A stretch of 64,000 nucleotides of DNA from Balanoglossus misakiensis (Eukaryota > Animalia > Hemichordata), in the NCBI GenBank assembly GCA_040954595.2, contig CM082578.2, forward strand, positions 16,104,998 through 16,168,997, read 5' to 3'. Below the pieces are notes generated by a model that worked only from the letters and a program-made list of their open reading frames with translations, was not told where the DNA came from and did no database searches. Both the position numbers and the translations under genes were made by a program. Shown piece after piece: positions 1 to 13,228 of this stretch. Within the stretch, counting starts at the first letter, position 1, and each line of letters starts with the position of its first letter.

Positions 1-267
1 AATTGGAAAATTCATTACATGCATAAAAAGGCAGACATACATATCAAAATATTTTGTGATATATAGAAAAATTGTACAAGTTAAATTTGGTCCAAACACT
101 TCGCTCTCATCTAGTCAAAATTTACACAATGGTTGCGAGGTGGCAGGCAGACCTTAGCTGCGCTCGAGTGGTCTCGAGTAGTTAGCAACCGAATAGTTAT
201 CCTCGCGCAATGGCGTGTGGGATATATGTACTCTTCTGTATACGCCGAGCCCAGTGCAGTATGGATC

Positions 268-3200
268 ATGGCGGCCCATGTGAGGAACATGTACTCTTTA
301 CCTTGGCTGGTTCTCGTCGTCGTGACAGCTAAAGTCGTAACTGGACAAGAGTGCCAATTGAACTGCACGGCACCAGTGAGTATTTTAGTCATTTTGATTT
401 CCTTTTGCCTTTCTTTGACGGGGGAAATTACCGCAACCTATTTTTTATACATTTACTTCCGTGTACAATATATGTAGGCCTATATCATGAAGTTGAATGT
501 ATCCCAGTACACTGCTGTCGGTGGACCCGGAACTTTAGTTTTTATTCCCGTGGTGGTGATATGGATATGGAGGGCATAACATTTAAATTACTGTTTCATT
601 AGTCATCCCTTTTGTAATTAACTAAACAACTAACATGAAGGCACTTTCGGGAACAAGTGTGATTTGGTTATCCGGATCTCGGAGGAAAAAGCGGTCGCGC
701 ACCTACCCGGATACACCTGTTGTGGTTTTAAGCCTTCATGTCCTCTATCATAAAGACTGTATACGGTTAGGTATTTACATCGTGTCTGACCGCTTCATTT
801 TTTCGACTTCGTACTGAATAAGTGAAAATCAACCCACATATTGTCTATCTATCGGAATAATCTCAATTTAACCCCTTAGACAGTAAAATTTCTTTCGAAT
901 TGACATAAAGTAACCCCCCTACCAACTTAAAAGATATATCGATAGTCATATGCGTTTCAGAGTTTGACTTGTTTTATAGAAGACCAAGAACACCACTGGG
1001 AGCTTTTTACGCGCCAGGGGTCAGTGTGCGTCCGTCTTATGTACATGTATGACATGTATCACTATGTGTGTGTGGGTGTGTGTGTCACAGTCGCGTGTAA
1101 ACTTGGTAGTCGTGTGTACGTGTGGGTCTGCGCCTGCGCTGTGAAAATAGATACGTGACTGTGCTGCCTTGTCCATTGCAGAAACTTTGCACGCGCACGT
1201 ACCAACTTGGTAACAAATACCTTGGTATGTAGACGCATCCTGGATTGTAGATGGGATTTGTTTAGATCAAGTTGTCTCTACCGAAAATATGCAAATGGGA
1301 TAAAAATGTAAAAAAAACGGGTCTCTTTTAAAATTGTTGAAATCATAGTGAAAATATAAATTTCTTTTGGGGCAATATTTGACGTTTTTGTCAAAAACTC
1401 TAACATCAGTGTCCTTGACGCTATTTTTTCTCATTCCTATACAGCCAGATCCTGTTGGCAAAATCCACTATGATCTGACAAGAGGTGAGTTTGATCATGG
1501 AATATTGACTTTTTAAATTGTCACAATATTTTTGTGCTTTTTTTTTGCCATTTTCGAACATTCCCAATCCTGACCATGAAAACTGTAATGATTAATATGT
1601 GTGTCTTTTGACAGTTTGCGGTGCATTTCCTTTTGGAAACGACCCGTCTGCCCATCAATGGCCCTTAGACAAACCACGAAATCTGAGACTGGAAGAGAGG
1701 ACATATCCATGTCAGAACAATCTTCTTCTTGGTGTTGTGGTCAAATGGAAACCTCCTTTGGGTAAGGAATATAACATTTCACTTTTTTGTATGGAAATAT
1801 AAACTAATGAGGGGTAAACACTCATGCATATTACAGTCATAACAAGTACATTGAACACAATGTAGCCCACATTAACCTCCAAAAATAATTTTGTTTACAG
1901 TGGGTATTGATAAAGTGAAAGGATTTCAAGTGAGAGTTACACCTTTAAGTGCAGGTGAAGTAGGGGATTATCCAATTATGTGCGTTGATGTGATCTTGTC
2001 AAACCACAGCCCACTAGGTTATACAGACTATGTAAGTAAATCGTATATACTTTTAAACACACCATTCTCATACACTGTGTTTTTGATGTACATGTACATT
2101 TTATCATAATTTCAAATTAGCTTAATGTAAGTTTATACAATGAATGTGAAACATACTGATTCAATTTGTATGAATCTCTCCTTCAGGATTACCTATTCAG
2201 CCTGGATTGTTTTAATCAAGTCCATCCAGGACATAAATATTATATTGAAGTGCAGAGTTTACCAAAGCCAATGCCGGGAGTTGATCATGATAATACAGAG
2301 GCTGTTATGTACACTGCAAAAAGTAAAAGTGTATTGTGTCAAGAGAATCCTATGATTATTGATTGTCCTGGTGCTGGAAAGGGTAAGTACGCAAATAGAA
2401 ATCAGATTGTTTTAATATAATATAATTTTACTGATATAAAAGTGACAGCATCATACATGCCGATAACAAGCTTTCCAGAAATGCAGTAAGGTTTACTGCA
2501 GGATATCAGAGCCAATGGATGGGTGTGCCTACTATTATTGACACAAAATCACAATCAGAAACTAATATTTTTTTGCAGATTTAGGTAAACTTGAAAACTA
2601 CATATTTCCTGCTGGAAGCGAACCAAGAATTTTTCTGCAATCCATGAATGATATTACTGTGACGTTTGGAAGCTATCCAGATGTCTTCAACGTCACGTCC
2701 TATAAAATTGATTTGTGTTATTACAAAGGGAGATGTTTTTTGTCCCACCGAAATGTTAAGAGTGTAAGTACAATGTGTATCACTACACATGTATCTAAGA
2801 GTACTAGATTTACATGTAGCTGTGAGTTAATTGTGTCTGAGATTTATTCCTTTTGTGTCTTCCTCCTCATTTGTGTTAATCATTGATATTTTCAATGGAT
2901 ATCAATATTTTCCGCATTGCTACCAACGTATACAGGGTAACAGAGAGTTCTGTTAGACTATAGTCTTCCAACAACATCCCTAATTCGTTGTCAATTTATG
3001 TTTCAGTACCATACAACGTTTAAAAATGTTGAGCCGGGATATTATGAAGCATTGGTAAGTATTCTCACTAATGTTTTACAATGCAAATGAATGAATGGTA
3101 CTATTATTGTAGATTTGTATTGAGATTTGCAGGGCATAGCAGTGCATGGCCATACAGAAGATCTTAAATTCAAACCCCACCCTGGCTATGATCTTGTGTT

Positions 3201-5371
3201 TTGTGTCCTTGCCGAAGACATTTTAATTTACCGGTAATTGTTTTTGTATTTATCAGGTTTCCCCAAATAATTGTAATGAGTGTATACAGCAGGCATCACC
3301 TCCAATTAATTTGACAGGTAACTTCCTCTAATATCTACTGTGATATTCATCATTTATATAGCAAACTTTTTTTGAAAGTGTTTTGTAGTTGAAGTATGAA
3401 ATGTATGCATTCTCAAACACCGTTTTTGCAGAATGGAAACCCTCATTCGTTATAATAAGGATTGGCAAAGATTCCACGAACACTGTTGAAGTCTACTTTG
3501 ATCAAGCTGATGAAAGGAAAATTCACAACTACACCATAGAATTGATCAACATAAACACCAGTGAAATCAGATCAATAGTTGTACAAGAGGTAAGCAATAT
3601 GGTTGAATTTTTCAACACATTAAATTAGGAAGTTCATTTCAGTGGTTCTTTTGATGGCCATGATCTCCTTGAATTATGGATTTTGCTGTAAAAACATATC
3701 TATACCAGAATTCAGAGTCTGCAAATAATGACATTTATATTATAACAGTGATTTGAAGTTGTACAAAGCAACTTGGTGGAAAATTCTATGAATAATATTT
3801 TGAGTGATATACAGAAAAAATCTTTAGATATGGCCATATTAGAAATGTTTTCCTTCTTTTTCAGAATCCAGCAGTTTTTCGCAATGTAGAAGGTGGGACA
3901 TACAAAGCCAGAGTAAGCATCTTTATTACAAAATAAACAGTGGAAAAGTGTCCAAATTATTGAGAAGTTTCTGTTTGATTGGGTAACACATACTGGTTTG
4001 AAATACCATGCCTATACAAGTAACTGCATCTTTTCAATCTTTGTAGGCTAAAGCTACTCGGTGTGAAAATGATTGTCCATGGGCTGTATCACAGAGTATC
4101 CAAGTAAATTCAGACGTAATACCTGATCCGCACTTGGGTAAGTCAGCAGTATTTAGTTGCCAGAGTTACTTAACTGATATTAAAGGTCAGATGCATTGTG
4201 CACCTTACCCTGGAAATGACATGTAATTTTGAGGGGGTGTGTGTAGGTGTGTTTTCCAGGATGTAGAAAATAACAACTGTCAGTGGAAAAAGGTTGGCTA
4301 CCTATGCACTTCATATATTTCACATTACCTTTTGGCTCATGCATTCATTTAATTTAAATTGATTAACAAAATAGTTTGATTGACAAATTTTGCAGTTACA
4401 ACCCTCAAACCAGAAGTTACCTCGACACCAGAACCAAAGACAACATCACCATTGACTACAGAAAGGACAACATCTGCACAGAGTGTACTTACAATAAAAG
4501 AAAGGGATGTTGGGAAAATAGCTGTTGGAGTTGTTGGAGGGATATTAGGTGGTATCATCTTAGTAATCATCTTGTATCTTGTCAAGAGGAATATAAGAAA
4601 GACAAAAGGGAGAAGAATGTCGAGGGAGACCTCATCTGAATTTGTTGAGGAGACTACATACAGTATAGATGAAACGCAGGGTAAGTAAACAAACTATGCC
4701 TTAAAAATATTTTAAAATTTGTCAAGAGCAGTGAGCATGTGCACACTTTGTGGAGCCTTGACAAGTTGACAAGTGTTATCTCATCCCCCAGATAAGCAAG
4801 AAAGGTTGAGGTGAAAGATTGGCTACCTTTTTTGGTTGCAGGTGACAGCGAGAATGACACGGATGCCCTCATCTGCAGCACAAGCAATCACGTGCATGCA
4901 GCTGTCCCAGAGAGACAACCACAAGTGAGGCAGTACACGTATTACGAACCTTTAGAGAATGACAAGTCTTTGGAAACAGAGAGCATGAGCAACATCATCA
5001 GAAAACTCAATCAAGATCCCACCAACCAAGCAACTGTCTTCAACCATCCTGGCAGCAGACTAGCGGATGGGGCAGAGGAAATGTTTCCGCATCAGCAATT
5101 CCATCTGAGCTGCAGTGGATGCAGTGAACATTATGAAGGTGATTTCGACCGGCAAAATGACATGTACCTCACGAAGAGACAGACAAATGATGATTCTCCT
5201 CACAATAGCAATGAGATGATTGGCGACAAGTTTGATTCAGGTTTCGAGGAAATGAAGGAGGCTCAGACGCAGTTGGAAGCAATGAGGACTATGGTCGTTG
5301 AAGGCTTGAAATCACATACAACAACTATAGCTGCCGATGTGCACAATGACAGCCACAGTGTTAATATTTAA
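268..5371 (+). CDS. IL-17 receptor-like type I transmembrane protein (FN3-like ectodomain, no SEFIR domain), about 12 coding exons
   Basis: ATG at 268 opens a signal-peptide exon (MAAHVRNMYSLPWLVLVVVTAKVVTGQECQLNC, donor GTGAGT at 376). Further GT-AG exons at 1445-1484, 1615-1761, 1901-2031, ~2188-2382, ~2579-2764, ~3007-3054, ~3432-3589, ~3865-3912, ~4048-4137, ~4396-4680 and 4842-5371 (TAA). VVVKWKPPLVGIDKVKGFQV and YYIEVQSLPKPMP resemble, from recall, IL17RD WSPGALGIEFLKGFRV and IL17RA YEVTVHHLPKPIP. A Thr/Pro-rich stalk precedes the TM helix IAVGVVGGILGGIILVIILYLV and a basic stop-transfer segment. Confidence 0.65.
3135..3290 (+). mobile_element. Possible degenerate tRNA-derived SINE fragment in an intron
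   Basis: A B-box-like ATTCAAACCC is followed by GTGTCCTTGCCGAAGACATTTTA, which resembles the GTGTCCTTG..AAGACACTT core common in aquatic-animal SINEs. It is heavily decayed and the boundaries are approximate. Confidence 0.3.
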
Positions 5372-6515
5372 AATAGAATAACAACAAGGCCATGATTGGG
5401 AAGAACAAAGGTAGATCTTTAATAATAATGATGGGATGGGATGACTGAGCCAACAAAAGAGCCCACTGTCATATGACAGCCTTCCTTCAGAGATGATGAT
5501 TCAAATTTTGTAAAATAAACATAAACAGCCGTTTCAGTGATTTCTATTTTTAATATACTGTATAATAATAATAATATATACATGCTACCCACCAAATCTG
5601 TTTACTGCTTTTAGCAAAATATAATTCTTGAGCTCTGTCTTCCACTAAGTCTCTTGTTTTTATAGATAAAACATGTATATAGTTGGGGTGCTTTTTTTGA
5701 AATGATATCATAGTTTACACGAGTTTTATAGCCAAATGTTTCATTGAAATGTAGTATATTCTCTTTTAGTCTACAGACTGTTACATTCAGCCATGTTGCT
5801 GTAGTTTTTAACATCGAACATATGTTGACAATATCTTTGACTATTTCAACCAAGTCATTTAACTATTATTTTATTTCAAACTATTAAAGAAATCAAAGAT
5901 TTAAAAAAATGTCAAATTAAGCTGCAATTACCCGTCTCAGTTTTTAAGAAGGATAAAAACTGTTCTTTGTACAAATACTGCCAAGTAGAATATCAAGTCA
6001 AGTAATTTTCAATGTCAAGTAATTTTCAGGCACATGACCTTTCAGTCAATCTCGATTTTTCATATTCATTCGCTCAAATATCTCAAGACTTAATTGATTA
6101 CATGAACATTTTAATACACTAAAGTAAGATGATCCTATGCAGAAGTTAATAATAAAAGCATATTTTATAGCTGATTTGTTATGAGATTTACATGTCAGGT
6201 GTTGTACTAACCATGACATTCCTGAACATAACAATAACATGACATGTACATGTGTGTTCATGTGGTTGTTTTGTGATACATTCCAGTATTCAGTGTTTTG
6301 TTTTTCCATTGTATGTGCATATGTTCAACTAAAAGTACATTTTGAGTGAAAATGTTTCACCCAAAAGATTGTAGCAAGTTTTATTATTTTCTTAAAAGCA
6401 TTTCTTTGTATATTTGTGTAATCGGCCGAGTAAAATTTGTTAAAAACAGTTTTGTTTCGTGTTATTACCCCTGAGTGATTGTAAAAATTCTTTCGATCTG
6501 GTTGCCATTGGTTAC

Positions 6516-6572
6516 GCGCCCTCTTGCGGGCGCTCCGTATGCCCTAAGTTCACAACGTATCTGAGAGGGCGC
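6516..6572. promoter_or_regulatory. Inverted pair of CTCF-like motifs upstream of UROC1
   Basis: GCGCCCTCTTGCGG at 6516-6529 (reverse complement CCGCAAGAGGGCGC) and TCTGAGAGGGCGC at 6560-6572, compared with the CTCF core CCASYAGRKGGCRS. Confidence 0.45.
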
Positions 6573-6657
6573 TCATGTTTGAGGTCACACGGTACAGAGT
6601 TCACACAGTGTCAGCTGTGTGTGCATCTGAACAGCGAAAACTGTTTTTGACGCCGTT

Positions 6658-9600
6658 ATGTCATCACTGAAGGAAATCTGCGAATGGCCCTTGGATCAGC
6701 TTCCTCCAAGGCGTCCAAGGGACGAGTCGGCACCCCATGCACCGGTTAGAAATCACGGCCTGGGTGCAGACGAACTGCGGGTGAGTTGATCGTTGAACTT
6801 GTTCAACTTCAAAACAGGTCAACAACGACTTGGTTTGTTTGTAAGACAAACCAAGGCAAAACCGAGAGTTACTGAACTGCAGCTAATTATGTATATGGAG
6901 CAACTAAATTTGGATCAGGCATGGAGAAATGTTTTCAATTTCCATTAATCCCTGTTTCCCAACTATAGCTATACATGTATATCATTATTGAACTTTTAAT
7001 AATTTAACCATAGGTGCATGGACTGTTGAATTACCCCTGGTAATGGTATCACAGACTGGTTTCAGTTTCTGTTTCAGTTTATCCAGTTTCACTTTATTTT
7101 TTTTACACTAAATGGTTATAAATTGTGTACAAGACAAAATGTACCTATAAATGACAATACAGATACATACCACAGAAACATGTGTATAAAATATTGACGA
7201 AGAAATGTGATTTGCTTGCTGAATATTTATGTTTTTTACAGCTTGCTTTGCAAAATGCCCTGCGCTATTTCCCACCGGAGCTGCATGAGACATTGGCACC
7301 GGAATTTGCTGAAGAGTTGCGTCAGTATGGTCACATTTATATGTACCGTTTCCGACCAGACATCCAAATGAGGTAGATCTTTCTCCTGTTTTCTGTTTCA
7401 TCAATATTATCAACAGTATTCAGCGACCAAGATAAGGATTGCTAAAACAAGACAGTTATTCTTAATTGTCAGACAATATGCCTTAATCTTGACCAGTGCT
7501 GTTATGTCATAATCCCTCTAGGAACACACATTTCACCAGATGTGTTAATAGACACCTGTATGAAACTTGTTCATTTCCCTTGCAGAGGTTATCCAGTGAA
7601 TGAATACCCATGCCAAACAAGACAGGCAGCAGCTATTATGCACATGATCATGAACAACCTAGATCCAAGAGTGGCTCAGGTAAGAATAGCTGTTTACAAA
7701 ATGCAAATCATTACAAAAATCAAAATGAAAAACATTTGCTTATGTATTTGTCAGTACACTTGTTTTAGTCTAAGATGTTTTTTACAAACACATCTCTCAA
7801 CAAATCTCAACATTTTCAAATTTCAGTTCCCCCATGAATTAGTAACCTATGGAGGCAATGGTCAAGTATTTTCAAATTGGGCACAGGTGAGACAACTATC
7901 ATATTACATGTATTATTACAGTGGGTTAACTTAACATCTATATACACATTCTTGCTTGACACTGCATGGTTTAGAAAATCTACTAATGCTGTGGATTTTT
8001 GTTTCTATTTATAGTTTCGTATAACTATGCACTATCTGTCAAGAATGACTGAGGATCAGACCCTAGTTATGTATTCAGGACATCCCCAAGGTCTTTTTCC
8101 AAGTCACAGTCGAGCACCAAGAGTCGTTATAACCAACGGCATGGTAAGTATTTTCAGAATCCTGGAAAAGCAATACTCCAGATATCTCTATGTCAGGTCT
8201 GTCTGGTGCCTTATCATGGTTGTAGGTTAAATGAAGGATTGTACAGTAGTTGACTGTCATTTTCCCATTGTTTTGTCCAGGTGATACCCAACTATTCATC
8301 CAGAGATGATTATGATAGGATGTTTGCATTAGGTGTTACCATGTAAGTATCTTACTGACGTTACACCCATCATTGCAGATCTCACAGACTTTATAAGATG
8401 ACTGTTTTCAGAAAGTGTAGTATTTGATTAAATCTTTGGTTTCATTTATATAGCATAGCCAGGATTATCAAATAACTATACCCACTATATTTCTGCTATA
8501 CATGTATATTCTTTTCATAGGTATGGTCAGATGACAGCTGGCAGTTATTGCTATATTGGACCACAAGGCATAGTTCATGGCACCACTGTAAGTGTGCACT
8601 GATCCCTGTCTGTAAAAGAGACAGTAGCTTGATGTGCTGTTTTGGACAACCAGATCAGCCTTTGGAGACCCACCCAAAAACCACCTCTCCCAAACACTAA
8701 CTGAACCCTTTGCCCTAAACCAACGTGGCCTGTTTCCAAACACCACTCAGAGGTCTTACATCAGTGTTAATGTTTTTTTTGTCAGATCACTGTGATGAAC
8801 GCAGGGCGTCGCTACATGGGTGTAAACGATTTGCGAGGGAAGGTATTCCTCACATCTGGTCTGGGAGGAATGAGTGGAGCACAAGCCAAAGCTGCTGTCA
8901 TCTCTGGGTGTGTTGGTGTCATCGCTGAAGTCAGTCTGGAGGCACTCCAGAAAAGGCACAAGCAAGAGTAGGTGTCCAAGTTTTTTTCCATCACTAGGCA
9001 TAAAAAAGGTTCCATGTTCAACAGTCAGTATTAAGGTTCATTGTGAGGTAGGGTGAATTATCATAAGGATGTGGTAAATATTATATACTGTATAAACAAA
9101 AATCCTATTTGATTTTCAGATGGCTTGTGGAGGTCACAGATAACTTGGATAGTTTGATGAACAGAATCAGGTAAGCTTTTAAAATCAATTTGATTTTTCC
9201 TATATTAGTACCAGGAGGTAGGCAGTTCATCAGTGCAACACTGGAGTGCAATAAAATGAAAAATGTGTCTGTAGCATACCAATATAGTCTCTGGTATGTT
9301 CACTATATAAAACCATTCTGCTCTCAAATGCTGCTCTAACTCTCTCACTGAATTGGTTGAGTTTTTAATGATTACAGAGAAGCAAAGAAAAAAAAGGAAC
9401 CTACAAGTATTGGTTACCATGGAAACATTGTTGATGTATGGTACGTACATTTGAGTATCTCATAACACAAGAGTAAGTGAGAAAGTGATTTCCCCTTGCA
9501 GTTACTGATGTATCCACAAAGTCCTACATTACTTCTAGTTGTATTATCAACTCACAGTAAACTGCTGGTTCCGTACATGGGAAGTGACAGTGAATGAATC

Positions 9601-12227
9601 TTTCACAATATGGGAATTTACGACATCCATGTTCAAATTTTGGTAACGTTCCGCTAAAATCTTGTTTTGGTGAAACTTTCAGGGAAAGACTGGTTGCTGA
9701 GTTTGAAAGTACAGGGGAAATGTTGGTTGATTTGGGATCCGATCAAACCTCCTGTCATAATCCATTCAATGGAGGTTATTACCCAGTACAGCTTGCCTTC
9801 GATGAAGCTAATGCAATTATGCACACAGATCCTGGTCGATTCAAAAACCTAGTCCAGGAAAGGTAAGTTTACATTGTGGTGAATTGGGTGCTTATACATG
9901 TATATAGGTTTTCAGTGGCTCCACATCATGGCATGATATACAAAACTACTCCTACTGGGGATTTCACGTTACAAATTGGTGTATGCTGGAAATTGCACTG
10001 GCATGAAAACTTGAACTTACCACACAGGGTGATCATGAATTAAACTCGTTAAAAAACCTTTCATTTTCTATCATTTTCTCTTAGCTTACGACGACAAGTT
10101 GCAGCTATCAACAAACTAGCAGATAATGGTTTGTATTTCTGGGACTATGGTAATGCATTCCTCCTAGAAGCAAGCAGAGCAGGTAAAGTTGAATATGTAT
10201 TACCTGGCTGAGAGACTAACAGCACTTATTTGTTACCATGACATTTCAATTGACAGGCAACATTCTTGTGCCACTTACTGTAATTCATTTTCTCTGAAGG
10301 TGCCGACGTCAAGAAGGAAGGTGATACAACAGGCACTATCTTCCGATATCCATCCTATGTACAAGACATAATGGGGTAGGATGATGTCGTTGTTCACAAT
10401 ATGGTTAATATTAGTGTATATAGATCATTGTAGATTGATGGACTGAAGCAATGTGTCATAAGCTAATTTCTGCATCATACCCAAATCTCATCATTGTTAT
10501 GTTTATTTATAGAGTTCCAATTGCTAAATGCAAATGTGGAAAAACTTGTGTTTGATTCAGGGAGTATGATGGCACAATATGTGCAATACTGTGCACCATT
10601 TTCATGCCAGTACAATGGCCACTCCAGCCCACTGTGTATACAAGTCAGTTCTCATAAAAATGGGAGTGTGTTGTTCTTGATGCTTTTTTTAGCCATATTT
10701 TAAAACTAAATTAATCTGTTCTGTGGTACAGAGATATTTTCTCCATGGGTTTTGGACCATTTCGATGGGTGTGTACATCAGCAGCACCTAACGACTTGGT
10801 TACTACCGATGAAATTGCCACCACTGTACTGGAAGACATTATCAATGCTGGAGGTATGTCTACGATACAGCAGAAAAAAAAGAATATACAGACCCAGTAG
10901 ACTCTGAAAAATAAACATTTATTTGTATACAATGTGACATGATAGTTGCATGTTGTTAGATAAACATGGTAATATTTAAAGTTTTATGTTTTGTTTTTAG
11001 TGCCTGAAAAGACCAAACAGCAATATGAAGATAACATTAAATGGATTAAAGAAGCTGGTAAACATGCCATGGTAAGCATTATGTTGATTTTATATCAATG
11101 TTTCCAGCAAACTTGATATTTGGTGTGTTTATGCATCCTGGATATATGTTCTATGAACAAATTTTCATGCATTCTTTGGTCCTCCTCTTTAACCAGGTTG
11201 TTGGTTCACAAGCCCGTATTCTATACTCTGACCAGAAGGGACGCATAGCCATAGCAAGTGCATTTAACCAGGCGGTCCATGATGGCAAACTACAGGGCCC
11301 AGTGGTGATTAGCCGTGATCACCATGACGTCAGTGGAACAGATAGTCCGTTTAGAGAGACATCTAACATATACGATGGATCTCAGTACTGTGCTGGTATG
11401 TCTTCGCTAATCCTCTCTTGTTAATCGCGACAGGTCTCCTTTCCAACGTATGTGTGACATGTTTGTTGATCATCATGTCTCTGTAGGTTAACTCACCTTT
11501 GCATGATGCATCGATGCACTTTTTAATTTTGCAGACATGGCTGTACAGAATGTGATTGGTGACTCATTCCGTGGTGCCACCTGGGTGGCATTACACAATG
11601 GTGGTGGTGTTGGATGGGGTGAGGTCATGAATGGTGGTTTTGGATTGGTATTGGATGGTTCGGAAGAAGCTGGAGAGAGAGCCAAACTTATGCTAGGATG
11701 GGATGTCTCGAATGGAGTAAGTCACTTTGAAATGATCATGATTCAAGGTTTCAGAATTTAAAATTAAAAAAAATGCTAAAATTGACCCATGAGCATGAGT
11801 CACTTCCTTAAACATGTATTATTAAAGTCAGTAGCAAGCTGCATCATTGTTGTTGAAATTGAATTCAAGTCTGGACTCGATTTAATTTGTCAACAGTACA
11901 TGTCAACTCATGTACAGGCTTTTTTGAGAAGCTAAACTAACACTGAATATTTCATAGATCCAGAAATACAGGGGAGAAAAATACAGAAAAAATAGAAAAA
12001 AGAGTTATTGGGGCTTTGTCATGGAAAAGTGATCACTTGTGAAAAGTTTCGGAAAATTGAATAAATCTTATATTTCTTTCTTTCAGGTTGCTAGAAGATC
12101 ATGGGCTGGCAATGCCAATGCCGAGGAGACTATCTGTAGAGCTATGGATGAGAACAGCAAATTGAAAGTCACCATTCCTTACCATGTACAAGATACAAGC
12201 CTTCTTGATAGAGCTTTACAGTCCTGA
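6658..12227 (+). CDS. UROC1: Urocanate hydratase (urocanase), about 19 coding exons
   Basis: ATG at 6658: MSSLKEICEWPLDQLPPRRPRDESAPHAPVR. Later exons encode [132 protein letters not shown] and VALHNGGGVGWG. TGA at 12225-12227; AATAAA at 12733. Confidence 0.97.
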
Positions 12228-13049
12228 GTCTGGTTTAAGTTTGGATTATGGGCAGCAGTATTATAAGATTTCAACAGTTATAGTACCAGCTATACCCACC
12301 TTAGCTTTTTATTTGGCATTTGATGCATCCTGAATACTTATGTACATGCAGTGAAGTGGTATATATACATCACTTGAGACAATAACCCTTAGCAGACAGA
12401 GTTTTCTAACAATTGCTGCTGTACTTTGTACAATCCTCACTGAATTAATTCTGAATAGATAGTGTATTCAGTTTTCGGTATAAAATTGTTGTCACATTTT
12501 ATAAGGCATTTGTGTATTACACTGTAAGCTCAAAACTCTCATTCCCTAAAATGACCAGGTATGGAGGGGTAGTTTTAAACTTTTTCCACAGAACACAATG
12601 TCTCGGACACTGGTTACAAAGTAAACCAGCTGGCCATAAACTGTTAAGTTAATTTATCCCAACAAAATAGAATCATGATGATAAAATTAGGCAGCGTGTA
12701 GTGTATGTAATACAGCCTTATTTTTTTTAAATAATAAAAACATTCAGACATGCAATTAGTGATGAGTGTGTGATGTTTATTTCAGTAGCTCTCTAGCTTT
12801 TTTCGATGGGGGGTGGGGGAGGGTCACCATGACCACAACAAATCCATCGACCCCCTCCCTTCAAGAAAAAGACCAGTCCCTTAAAAAATCACTGTCGTTA
12901 TCAATTTTATGAGTTGTATTAACAATCTGATGTCCAAAAAGTCGTCACCAGGCGATATACCCGGTATATCATGAACGGCATAATAAAAGCACAGAGATCA
13001 TGTGATTACATGGATCTCGGGCGTGATAGAGGTGGGGGGCCTCTCTCCG

Positions 13050-13160
13050 TTCGTTCATTGGCTAGAGCTGTGTCCATATTAGCAGATTAACCAATGAGCA
13101 AGGAGAATTCTGACACACCTCTAGAAGAGCCTTCACAATAAACAAAGCTGACGTGCATGC
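13050..13160 (+). promoter_or_regulatory. Putative HAL proximal promoter (two CCAAT boxes and a CRE/E-box-like site)
   Basis: ATTGG at ~13057, CCAAT at ~13091 and TGACGTG at ~13149, all within 180 bp upstream of the HAL ATG. Confidence 0.4.
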
Positions 13161-13228
13161 CACATAGAGGCACATTGACAACAAATGTTCTCGTATTTTG
13201 ACCGACAAATTAAAAACGTCCGTTCGCT

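Noticed and set aside
12228-13228. UROC1-HAL as a polycistronic or trans-spliced operon
   Set aside because: UROC1 has its own AATAAA (12733) and HAL has its own CCAAT/CRE-like promoter elements. Nothing in the sequence requires co-transcription.
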